DNA of 24,048 nucleotides from Macrostomum lignano (GCA_002269645.1 NIVC01000790.1:1-24048); one strand, 5' to 3'. Positions 1 to 9,432 are shown, numbered from the stretch's first letter. Notes: a model not told the origin generated them from the letters alone. A program made the numbers and translations.

Positions 1-67
1 CTCCAGGCCCAGCCAGGCCTGCAGGCGGCTGCAGCGCTCGGCGTATTTAGCGAGTAGCTCGGAGAGC
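1..67 (-). CDS. Partial exon (runs off window start): spectrin repeat (R)LSELLAKYAERCSRLQAWLGLE
   Basis: Acceptor CCCAACGCAG| at 68-69; phase 2 matches the donor at 424 (AG|G = Arg); open frame. Not in the ORF track. Confidence 0.85.
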
Positions 68-90
68 CTGCGTTGGGCAATGACGGGTGG

Positions 91-394
91 AATCATGTAC
101 AGAATGTATAATGTACAGAATGTATAATGTACAGAATGTATAATGTGCAGAATGTATCATGTGCAGGATTTATCATGTGCAGAATGTATCATGCACAGAA
201 CGTATTATGTGCAGAATGTATCATGTGCAGAATGCATCATGCGCAGAATGTATCATGCACAGAATGTATTATGTGCAGAATGTATCATGTGCAGAATGTA
301 TCATGTGCAGAATGTATCATGTGCAGAATGTATCATGTGCAGAATGTATCATGTGCAGAATGTATCATGTGCAAAATGTATCGTGTGCAGAATA
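91..394. repeat. Intronic minisatellite, 16-bp unit AGAATGTATCATGTGC, about 19 copies
   Basis: Read directly; fills most of the 356-bp intron 68-423. Confidence 0.97.
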
Positions 395-423
395 GAACCA
401 CTCGAAGCTCCTAAAGCACAAAC

Positions 424-982
424 CTGCTCAATGCGCTCCTCAGCGTCTCCGTGTCGCTATCCAGCTCGGCCAGTCCGGATTGAACCCTGTTCAGCGCCTC
501 GCGGCATCGTCCGGAGGCGCCACTTCCGCCTCCAGCATCTCCAGTCGCTGCACCGTCGGTGAGCTGCAGCATGAGCTCCCGGGACTCCGCCTCGCGCCAG
601 CTGATCTCCCCGGCCAGCCGGGCCAGGCCGCGAAGTCGCTCGGCCAGCCGGCGTCCGGCTTCCTCCGAGGCGGCCGAGTCCGCGGCGACGTCAGCGCGGA
701 GCTCGTCGAGGCGAGCCCGGCCGATGGGCAGCCAGTCGGACAGCCGCTGCACCCGCTGCAGCATCTGGTCCTCGGCCTGGCCGGCCCGGGCCCGGCGCTG
801 CGCCAGCTCGGCCAGGCGGGCCTCCAGCTCGCGCAGCTGCCGTTCTACGCCGGACAGCTTCGTGCGCAGGTCGAACTGCGTCGCAGGATCGTCGGCGGCG
901 GCTTCGCACAGTCGTCGGCAGAGGTCGCGCGCCTGCGACAGGTCCGACCGGAACGACGCCAGCTCCTCGTCTGTTGGCCGGC
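424..982 (-). CDS. Exon, 559 bp, spectrin repeats (RPTDEELASF...LRSALS)
   Basis: Acceptor CATCATCCGCAG| at 983-984, donor |GTTTGT at 423. Extends ORF 411..764 upstream without a stop; phase 1 to 2. Confidence 0.88.
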
Positions 983-1004
983 CTGCGGATGATGGTAGAT
1001 GAGA

Positions 1005-1904
1005 GTCACCCCCCGATCTGACATCCCGTCACCACCCGATCTGACATCCCGTCACCACCCGATCTGACATCCCGTCACCACCCGATCTGACATCCCGTCA
1101 CCACCCGATCTGACATCCAGTCACCAGCCCGATCTGACATCCCGTAACCCCCCGATCTGACATCCCGTCACCACCCGATTTGACATCCCGTCACCCCCCG
1201 ATCTGACATCCCGTCACCCCCCGATCTGACATCCCGTCACCAGCCCGATCTGACATCCCGTCACCAGCCCGATCTGACATCCCGTCACCACCCGATCTGA
1301 CATCCCGTCACCAGCCCGATCTGACATCCCGTCACCCCCCGATCTGACATCCCGTCACCCCCGATCTGACATCCCGTCACCAGCCCGATCTGACATCCCG
1401 TCACCAGCCCGATCTGACATCCCGTCACCAGCCCGATCTGACATCCCGTCACCAGCCCGATCTGACATCCCGTCACTTCCCGATCTGACATCCCGTCACC
1501 TTCCCGATCTGACAGCCCGTCACCTCCCCGATCTGACATCCCGTCACTTCCCGATCTGACATCCCGTCACCAGCCCGATCTGACATCCCGTCACCACCCG
1601 ATCTGACATCCCGTCACCAGCCCGATCTGACATCCCGTCACCACCCGATCTGACATCCCGTCACCAGCCCGATCTGACATCCCGTCACCAGCCCGATCTG
1701 ACATCCCGTCACCAGCCCGATCTGACATCCCGTCACCTCCCCGATCTGACATCCCGTCACCTTCCCGATCTGACATCCCGTCACCAGCCGATCTGACATC
1801 CCGTCACCAGCCCGATCTGACATCCCGTCACCTCCCCGATCTGACAGCCCGTCACCTCCCCGATCTGACATCCCGTCACCTCCCCGATCTGACAGCCTGT
1901 CACC
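1005..1904. repeat. Intronic minisatellite, 23/24-bp unit (CCGATCTGACATCCCGTCAC plus a 3-4 nt variable linker), about 38 copies
   Basis: Read directly; fills intron 983-1919. Linkers seen: CAC, CAGC, CCCC, TTC, CTTC, CTCC. Confidence 0.97.
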
Positions 1905-1919
1905 GCCCAACCAACACAC

Positions 1920-2262
1920 CAGCTTCCCCGGCCTCATCCAGTCGATCAACCGCTGCGGGCAGCGCTTCGCCCAGCCGGCCCAGCAGGGCGTAGAAGTCCA
2001 GGGTCGGCTGGCGCAGCTGCTCCAGGGCGGCCGCTCGCTCAGCCAGTCGGCGCCGCAAGTCCTCCAGCGCGGCCAGCAGGTCGGCGAGGCCGGACCGCAC
2101 GCGGTTGACGGCCGCCGTCGCTGCCTCCGTCGCGGAATTTTTATCGTCATCGGCAGCCTGCGATGCCAGCAGTTCCAGCAGAGCTATCAGCGCCTCGCAG
2201 GTGGCTCGGAGTTGATCTGCTGCCGGCTGCTTCGAGTCCAGCTCGTCTAGGAGGAGGCTCAC
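1920..2262 (-). CDS. Exon, 343 bp, spectrin repeat (VSLLLDELDSK...DEAGEA)
   Basis: Acceptor CTCTCCCCGCGCGCAG| at 2263-2264, donor |GTGTGT at 1919; ORF 1900..2262; phase 0 to 1. Confidence 0.88.
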
Positions 2263-2334
2263 CTGCGCGCGGGGAGAGCGCAGTATTGCACAGTTTAGGA
2301 ATGAAATTCACTACAGCTTAGGATGCGTCACGGG

Positions 2335-2460
2335 CCCAGCCCGTCATCAACTAAGCCCGTCACCACCCCAGCCCGTCACCGCCCCAGCCCGTCACCGCCC
2401 CAGCCCGTCACCGCCCCAGCCCGTCACCGCCCCAGCCCGTCACCGCCCCAGCCCGTCACT
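2335..2460. repeat. Intronic minisatellite, 16-bp unit CCCCAGCCCGTCACCG, 6 regular copies (2366-2460) plus 2 degenerate
   Basis: Read directly in intron 2263-2463; abuts the 5' splice site. Confidence 0.93.
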
Positions 2461-2463
2461 AAC

Positions 2464-3059
2464 CTGCTGAGCCTGGGCGCTGGCCAGAGCAGGCGTGGTC
2501 ACCACGGGCCCCAGCACAGCCAGCATTCGCTCCTTCTGCGTGACCCAGTGCCGCAGGTTGTCGCACTGAGCTTCCCGGTCGGCCAGCAGCTCCACCAGCC
2601 GTCGGGCAGTCGTGAGTCGCGCCGCCACCCGGCCAATGAGTTCGGACAGTCGAGCAGCCAAACGGCTGGCCGACTCGCCGACGTGTCGAGCTCCGACCAC
2701 GCCGGCCGCTGGCCGATTTCGCTGCAGCTGCTCGGCCGAGGCCGTCACGCCGGCCACCAGCGGCTCAACGTCGGCGGCCAGGCTGCGCTGAAAGTCGGCC
2801 GCCAGACGGACACTTCGCTCCGCCTCCGGCTGGGTGTCGATGACCGAAGACGACGAACTGGAGGCGGCTTCGGCCTCCTTGGCTTCCAGAGCGGCCTGGG
2901 CGGCGGCGTAGGCGGCCCAGAAGCGCTGCAGCTGGTCGGCGGCGCTGTCGATGTCGGCGCTACGGCGGCACAGGGCGTCGCCAATTGAAGCGTAGCGGCC
3001 CTGAAGGTCGTCCAGTTCTTGAGCGATCTCGGACAGCTCTGCCAAGAGTGCGGGACCGG
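2464..3059 (-). CDS. Exon, 596 bp, spectrin repeats (GPALLAELSEIAQEL...AQAQQ)
   Basis: Acceptor TTTTAACCCAG| at 3060-3061, donor |GTTAGT at 2463; within ORF 2440..3111; phase 1 to 0. Confidence 0.9.
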
Positions 3060-3343
3060 CTGGGTTAAAATTTACAATGTGTACTTTTAAAAAAAATAAA
3101 CAGATGTACACAACAAGCGTCGTATTTTACAATCCAACACCCACAAACCACTAGTTTAAGTAGTAGGAAATAGAATTAATTACGCTCGTAGATAAATAAA
3201 CAAACACAGCGTGCCAGAAATGTGGAGCATGCTGGAGCACAACAGTGAAGAAAATAAAAACACGATTTGTCTACTTATAGTAGTCCAGAGGTTGGCAAAA
3301 TCCAGCCTTTCGGGTGCTTTGAAACTTCCGGCCCGCTCAATGT

Positions 3344-3692
3344 TTGTCTCTTCTCTCCTCTCTCCCTCTCTCAGCTCTCCTCTCTTTCCCGCTTATCTCT
3401 CCTCTCTCCCCTCTTTCCCTCTTCTCTCTCCTCTCTCCTCTCTCCCCTCTCTCAGCTCTCCTCTCTTTCCCGCTTCTCTCTCCTCTCTCCTCTCTCCCCT
3501 CTCTCAGCTCTCCTCTCTTTCCCGCTTCTCTCTCCTCTCTCCTCTCTCCCCTCTCTCAGCTCTCCTCTCTTTCCCGCTTCTCTCTCCTCTCTCCTCCCCC
3601 TCTCTTCTCTCGCTCTCGTTTCTCCTCTTGTCTTCTTTCTTATCTCTTTTCTCTAATCTCTAATCTTCTATTTCCTCTCCTTTCCTCTCTCA
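3344..3692. repeat. Polypyrimidine/polypurine (CT-rich) tract with an internal 52-bp period
   Basis: Almost only C/T on the + strand; the CAGCTC marker recurs at 3372, 3453, 3505 and 3557 (spacings 81, 52, 52). Confidence 0.92.
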
Positions 3693-3822
3693 TCTGGCCC
3701 CTAGCCATAAGCTGGATTCTTCATCCGGCCCTTGGGATAAAAAGACCACAACGAGGAAATGAGCATGTGGTACAACATCTAGGAAACTACATGGTGCGTC
3801 ATTAGCTTAAAATTTCGGTTAC

Positions 3823-3927
3823 CATGCAACGAGGCCGTGTTGCCAACGCTGCTGCAGATCCCGCTGGACTCGGAGCTGGACACCGGGCTAAGAGGCGACC
3901 GCAGGAGCGGCGAATTCCTTGCCCAGC
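3823..3927 (-). CDS. Small 105-bp symmetric (phase 1-1) exon, Ser/Pro-rich (WARNSPLLRSPLSPVSSSESSGICSSVGNTASLH)
   Basis: GC-rich island in an AT-rich intron; acceptor GACCGCAG| at 3928-3929, donor CATG|GTAACC at 3822; open in the frame required by both neighbours. Missed by the ORF track. Confidence 0.8.
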
Positions 3928-4210
3928 CTGCGGTCGTCCAGCGTTATTGATATTTTAAAAAAATATATAATTTACAATGCATGTCGTTCCATCAAGGAAG
4001 CCAAAATACTACAAGAGCGAAGCTGATCGAATATTTCTATGAAAATATGACAACTACTGTATACCAGTGCGTCGGTGCGTGAGTTTCTGTCAGCTAGTCT
4101 TAATAATAACTAATGCAAATTTCTATCTGCAGCTAATAGTTTGAGTAATATATCATGCAAAACTGACTCGGCGATTAAAATTTAAATCCATCATTTTTAG
4201 AGGGGGGTGG

Positions 4211-4257
4211 GGGTGCGTAGCCCAGTGGTGTACCAGCGGCCCAGGCTCGATTCCAAG
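4211..4257 (+). other. Degenerate tRNA-like / Pol III A-box and B-box fragment (possible SINE head)
   Basis: GGGTGCG-TA-GCCCAGTGGT resembles a tRNA 5' end with A box TAGCCCAGTGG (4218-4228). B-box-like GGCTCGATTCC at 4244-4254 has one mismatch. The spacing is too short for an intact tRNA. Confidence 0.3.
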
Positions 4258-4754
4258 TGCAGTAACATTGATTTGGAGCTAAATTGGAATCTCGGCTTGG
4301 GCCAACCCCCCCCCCCAAGGCACAGTGAAGTGAAGCTTTTAAAACACTCGATCAGCTGTCAACACATTTTTTGTTTATGGGAAAACCCAACAGTAGCCTC
4401 GAACCTACAGTTTCAAGATCAGTACATGCAATAAGCCAGAGGTATTTTGTTGCTTGTGATTTTTTTCAGGCTAAAAACCTGGCCTCATAAATCTGAGCGA
4501 TTCTATATGCCTTTATCATTAAGTCACGTGACTGACTGATTAAGACGAGAAAAGCTAAATGGGCCGTAAATAACACGAAGCAATACTTTCTGTCAGTAGT
4601 GTGTTGTGACTGTTGTGAACATTTTGTTGCAGGACTATGCTAGTTTTGCCCAGGTTGTCCAGATAGTTGCTAGCCTTATTCATTAAACCTCCTTGGTAGA
4701 CGGCTTATTAGCTATTTATTATTATTACTGACTGTCAACAGATCGGACACTCAC

Positions 4755-5106
4755 GCGGCCGTTTCGGACTCATCGGGCTGGCGGAGCCAGCAGCTGCGGC
4801 AGCTCCGGCGCCGCTGCCGTTCAGAGCGACGTCGAAAGCCAGTCCAGCCACCATCAGGCGGTCCATGGCCGGCTGGAACTCCTCGAACTGTCCGGTGAAG
4901 TCGTCGGCTGTTCGACGCTGCGCCGTCAATTCGTCGGCGTCGAGCGCCACAGGCGGCAGGCCGCGCAGGCGGGCCTCGGCCCGGCCCAGCCAGTCGAGCG
5001 CCTCCCGCCTGGCCCGGTCGAACTCGTCAGCCCGCGATCGGCGCAGCTGGAGCTCCTCGGCGCGGGCCTCCATGCGCGAATTGAAATCTGTCCACAGCTG
5101 CTCCAC
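4755..5106 (-). CDS. Exon, 352 bp, spectrin repeat (VEQLWTDF...SPMSPKRP)
   Basis: Acceptor GCTAATTTAG| at 5107-5108, donor C|GTGAGT at 4754; ORF 4735..5106; phase 0 to 1. Confidence 0.9.
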
Positions 5107-5215
5107 CTAAATTAGCGAAATCAAAAGTAAACAGCATGAGTAACTATGCCTTGGTTTAAAAAGTTAAATGATTCGGCATCTAATTAGTTGCTCAATCCAA
5201 TGGGAATCAACGAAC

Positions 5216-5752
5216 CTCCTGCCAGGCGTCTCGCACGAACTCTCCGGCAGCTCCGGCCGATTCGGCGGTTGCCGCTCCCTCGGGCTGCTCCGCGGCCTCG
5301 CCGGCGGCGCTTGTCGCCATCCTCAATAGTTCCCTGGCCAGGGTCCGCACGGTGGCCAGGCCGCCCTCGGCCAGCTCCGCCCGCTGCCTGTCTAGTGAGG
5401 CCAGCCGTTCCGACCAGGCGGCGTCTGTCGCGGCGGCGGCCGCCGCGGTCGGCAACGGGGCGGCAAGCGCCGGCACCTGCTGGGCCAGCCAGGCTCGGGT
5501 CGGCCGGGCCGCCGACAGAAACTCCGACAGGCGGTCGCGCGCCGAATCGACGGCGTCTCGACGCTCCGCCAGCCGCCGGGCAACCTCGTCGAATTGACGA
5601 CGGCAGGCGTCAGCGCGCTCGCGCAGCTGCCCGGTGGCCGACGCCGAGGCTGGCGACGCGGCCGCCTCCGCCTCTGCCAGGCCGTCCTCGGCCTCCTGCA
5701 GCGAGGCCTGGCGGCACTGCAGCTCCGCCTCCAGCACTTTCACCTGCTGGGC
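5216..5752 (-). CDS. Exon, 537 bp, spectrin repeats (AQQVKVLEAEL...RDAWQE)
   Basis: Acceptor ATGCCGCAG| at 5753-5754 (two further in-frame CAGs 6 and 9 nt downstream are alternatives), donor GAG|GTTCGT at 5215; ORF 5207..5833; phase 0 to 0. Confidence 0.85.
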
Positions 5753-5835
5753 CTGCGGCATTCGGACAACGACGATTTGAGAGATAAAGTACACACGCGC
5801 TCCGAAAGGGGCTTTGGGCATGCTCTTGAGCATTC

Positions 5836-5957
5836 AGAAGTCAAAAAGTCAAAAAAGGTCATAGAAGGTCAGAAAAGGTCATGAAAGGTTATAGAAGGTC
5901 ACAGAAGGTCATGAGAGGTCATAGAAGTTTCTAAAAGGTCATAAAAGGTCATGAAAG
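5836..5957. repeat. Intronic 10-bp tandem repeat (consensus ATAGAAGGTC), about 12 copies
   Basis: AGGTCA at 5856, 5866, 5876, 5896, 5906, 5916, 5936 and 5946, on an exact 10-bp register. Confidence 0.9.
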
Positions 5958-5970
5958 CCGCCCCTCTCAC

Positions 5971-6207
5971 CTGCTCATCCAGCAGCTCGGGCCGCAGTCC
6001 CACCGGCCGCATGGCGTCCAGCTGACGGAGCGCCAGCGCCAGCCACTGCTGCAGTCCGGCGATGGCCTCCTGCAGGCCGGAGCAGTGCAGCAGCTGCCGC
6101 TGAAGGCTGGCGCCCAGGTCTGCGCACTCCTGCTTCAGCCGGTCGTGTCGGTTCAGAATGGCGTTCACTTGGTCCTCCGGTTCTGTCGCTGAGGCGGGCT
6201 GGCCGAC
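5971..6207 (-). CDS. Exon, 237 bp, spectrin repeat (VGQPASATEPEDQV...LLDEQ)
   Basis: Acceptor AACCCGCAG| at 6208-6209, donor CAG|GTGAGA at 5970; ORF 5899..6219; phase 0 to 0. Confidence 0.9.
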
Positions 6208-6300
6208 CTGCGGGTTCATTCATCAGGGGAGAGGCCATTATGCCTTTCCTTGCCATTCATCCGCAAAAAAGCTTTTTGGGTGCCATTCTCTGAGCCATTA

Positions 6301-6940
6301 GTCAGTTCACTTGAGTTTGTCACTCCCGCCATGTCATTTCACTCGAGTTTGTCACTCCCGCCATGTTATTTCACTCGAGTTTGTCACTCTTGCCATGTCA
6401 TTTCACTCGAGTTTGTCACTCCCGCCATGTCATTTCACTCGAGTTTGTCACTCCCGCCATGTCATTTCACTCGAGTTTGTCACTCCCGCCATGTCATTTC
6501 ACTCGAGTTTGTCACTCTTGCCATGTCATTTCACTCGAGTTTGTCACTCTTGCCAAGTCAGTTCACTCGAGTTTGTCACTCTTGCCAAGTCAGTTCACTC
6601 GAGTTTGTCACTCCTGCCAAGTCAGTTCACTCGAGTTTGTCACTCTTGCCAAGTCAGTTCGCTCGAGTTTGTCACTCTTGCCAAGTCAGTTCACTCGAGT
6701 TTGTCACTCCCGCCATGTCATTTCACTCGAGTTTGTCACTCCCGCCATGTCATTTCACTCGAGTTTGTCACTCCCGCCATGTCATTTCACTCGAGTTTGT
6801 CACTCTTGCCAAGTCAGTTCACTCGAATTTGTCACTCTTGCCAAGTCAGTTCACTCGAGTTTGTCACTCTTGCCAAGTCAGTTCACTCGAGTTTGTCACT
6901 CTTGCCAAGTCAGTTCACTCGAGTTTGTCACTCCCGCCAT
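6301..6940. repeat. Intronic minisatellite, 32-bp unit TTCACTCGAGTTTGTCACTC(CCGCCATGTCAT|TTGCCAAGTCAG), 20 copies
   Basis: Read directly; period 32 from 6306; two main unit variants. Confidence 0.97.
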
Positions 6941-7043
6941 AGCAAGCCATCATGGCATTGAGCGCCACAATACCCGATCCCCCTCAACCAGCTCCAAGCC
7001 AACCTCATACATTTGAATTCAGAACCCGAAAAGCTCCGCAAAC

Positions 7044-7748
7044 CTCATCGGCATTCTCGGCCAGCGCGTCGGCCAGAGCATCCAGAGCCTGTCGCAGCCG
7101 TTCAATCAGGCTGTCCAGCGAGAACAAATCCGCGCTGAAGCCGCGCACTCTCTGCGCCAGCGCGGCCAGCTCCGGCTCGCTGACCGGCCGCTGCTCGGCC
7201 AGCCTGGCCAGCTGAGACTCCAGCGCGCCGAGCTGCGAGTCGGCCTGCCGGCGCAAACCAACGAACTCGCGGGCGAGCTCGGCCGCGGCCTGGCGAGCTC
7301 TGAGCAGCTCCCGGCACCGCTCGGACAGCTCCGACTGTCGCTCCTGGACGGCGCGTACAGCCAGCCGAACCGACGCCTCGGATTCGTGAGCGGTGCCGAC
7401 AAATTTCGGCTCCTCCTCGCCGGACGACTCCTGAGAGGTGGCGGCGGCGGCGGCGGCGGCGGCGGACGCGAAGGCCTCCTGAGCGGACTCGAGCCCGCGG
7501 GCGCAGTTCACCAGGCGTTGGCCGGCCGCGGCTAGGGCTTTCATGTCCGGCTGGCGGGCCAGCAGCTCCGCTTCGCAAGCCTTCAAACCGTCGACAATGT
7601 CGGTGACGCTGGTCAACTTGGCGGCGTCGGCGTCGGAGTCGTCAGCGTCGGCGTCGGGATTGGCCGGGCGCCAGGCGGCCTCGGCCAGCTCGGAGAGACG
7701 CAGGCCGACCGCCTCCTGCCAGGACTGCGCAGTCTGCAGCCGGTCGGT
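7044..7748 (-). CDS. Exon, 705 bp, spectrin repeats with poly-Ala loop (TDRLQTAQSW...ENADE)
   Basis: Acceptor GAATCCGCAG| at 7749-7750, donor GAG|GTTTGC at 7043; ORF 7005..7850; phase 0 to 0. Confidence 0.85.
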
Positions 7749-7991
7749 CTGCGGATTCGAGGCAAGCCGTGAGACGGTTGGTTGATTTTGGTTACCGAAG
7801 TGCCTCATCCGCCCAGACTTTGGCCCCCAATTGGCCCTCATAAATCCCACAAGCCCTGGGTACCTCCAAACTCTGGGGCCAAAGTGCCTGGGTTCGATTC
7901 CGCAAGCAAATTATTATTTATTAAAAGGCCAGACAGTGGGGAAGTTAGAGGCCGCTGTACACCCTGTATGAGCATTTGACTGCGTACGAAC

Positions 7992-8213
7992 CTGATTCTC
8001 CAGCGCGTCATGCAGAGCCGTGAGCAGTCTCAGTCTGGCGTCTGACTCGCGTCTGAGCTGCTCCATCAGGGCTCGGCTGACGGTAGCGGCAGCTGTCAGT
8101 CTGTCGCGTTGATCTTCGCTAACAGCGTCGGAATATTTGTGCAGCAGGCTCTCGGTCTGGTAGCACAGCGTCAGCAACGGCTGCTGGCGAGACAGCAACT
8201 CGTTATTGATGTC
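7992..8213 (-). CDS. Exon, 222 bp (DINNELLSRQQPLL...ALENQ)
   Basis: Acceptor TAATCTCTGCAG| at 8214-8215, donor CAG|GTTCGT at 7991; extends ORF 7914..8198; phase 0 to 0. Confidence 0.88.
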
Positions 8214-8285
8214 CTGCAGAGATTAACGACTGCGCAAGTCTGACTCAGGCCTAAACTGGAAGCTGAGCTGGCTACCCGATGTAGT

Positions 8286-9347
8286 GTACCTCAGTGCATG
8301 CAGGCTGCCCAGTGCGGTACCTCAGTGCATGCAGGCTGCCCAATGCGGTACCTCAGTGCATGCAGGCTGCCCAGTGCGGTACCTCAGTGCATGCAGGCTG
8401 CCCAATGCGGTACCTTAGTGCATGTAGGCTGCCCAATGCGGTACCTCAGTGCATGCAGGCTGCCCAGTGTGCTACCTCAGTGCATGTAGGCTGCCCAGTG
8501 CGATACCTCAGTGCATGCAGGCTGCCCAATAAGGTACCTCAGTGCATGTAGACTGCCCAGTGCGGTACCTCAGTGCATGTAAGGCTGCCCATCAAGGTAC
8601 CTCAGTGCATGTAGACTGCCCAGTACGGTACCTCAGTGCATGTAGGCTGCCCAGTGCGGTACCTCAGTGCATGCAGGCTACCCAATGCGATACCTCAGTG
8701 CATGTAGGCTGCCCAGTGCGGTACCTCAGTGCATGCAGGCTGCCCAGTGCGGTACCTCAGTGCATGTAGGCTGCCCAGTGCGGTACCTCAGTGCATGTAG
8801 GCTGCCCAATGCGGTACCTCAGTGCATGTAGGCTGCCCAGTGCGGTACCTCAGTGCATGTAGGCTGCCCAGTGCGATACCTCAGTGCATGCAGGCTGCCC
8901 AATAAGGTACCTCAGTGCATGTAGACTGCCCAGTGCGGTACCTCAGTGCATGTAGGCTGCCCAGTGCGGTACCTCAGTGCATGTAGGCTGCCCAATGCGG
9001 TACCTCAGTGCATGTAGGCTGCCCAGTGCGGTACCTCAGTGCATGTAGGCTGCCCAGTGCGATACCTCAGTGCATGCAGGCTGCCCAATAAGGTACCTCA
9101 GTGCATGTAGACTGCCCAGTGCGGTACCTCAGTGCATGTAAGGCTGCCCATCAAGGTACCTCAGTGCATGTAGACTGCCCAGTGCGGTACCTCAGTGCAT
9201 GTAGGCTGCCCAGTGCGGTACCTCAGTGCATGCAGGCTGCCCAGTGCGGTACCTCAGTGCATGTAGGCTGCCCAGTGCGGTACCTCAGTGCATGTAGGCT
9301 GCCCAGTGCGGTACCTCAGTGCATGTAGGCTGCCCAGTGCGGTACCT
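8286..9347. repeat. Intronic minisatellite, 31-bp unit CCTCAGTGCATGTAGGCTGCCCAGTGCGGTA, about 34 copies
   Basis: Read directly; period 31 from 8289; fills intron 8214-9561. Confidence 0.97.
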
Positions 9348-9432
9348 CAATAGGCTAACCAATGCGATACCTCAATAGGCTACCCAATGCGATACCTCAA
9401 AAGGCTACCCAATGCGATACCTCAATAGGCTA
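9343..9432. repeat. 25-bp derivative unit TACCTCAATAGGCTACCCAATGCGA, about 3.5 copies, at the edge of the 31-bp array
   Basis: Aligns to the 31-mer with a net 6-bp internal deletion. Confidence 0.85.

Noticed and set aside
127-562. Cys/Met-rich repeat ORFs (MCRMYHVQNVSCAECI) that look metallothionein-like
   Set aside because: All three frames of a 16-bp intronic minisatellite give the same peptide; it lies inside a GT-AG intron of the minus-strand gene.
1005-1904. CRISPR-like appearance (constant 20-bp core with a variable linker)
   Set aside because: Linkers are only 3-4 nt and recurrent rather than unique spacers; eukaryotic intron context; no cas genes.
3211-3805. Leu/Ser/Pro-rich plus-strand ORFs suggesting membrane proteins
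   Set aside because: They are translations of the CT-rich tract.
480-7785. GC-rich overlapping ORFs opposite or out of frame with the exons (e.g. 480..992, 559..1002, 2323..2988, 5188..5787, 7102..7578)
   Set aside because: High GC suppresses stop codons; the translations are low-complexity Arg/Pro/Ala/Ser and their ends track the true exon boundaries.
7891-7901. Perfect Pol III B box GGTTCGATTCC in the 243-bp intron
   Set aside because: No convincing A box or cloverleaf nearby; an isolated match is weak evidence.
6250-9328. Repetitive ORFs in the 32-bp and 31-bp arrays (SLSLPPCHFTRVCH..., MQAAQCGTSVH...)
   Set aside because: Translation artefacts of minisatellites whose periods are not multiples of three; no splice or start context.
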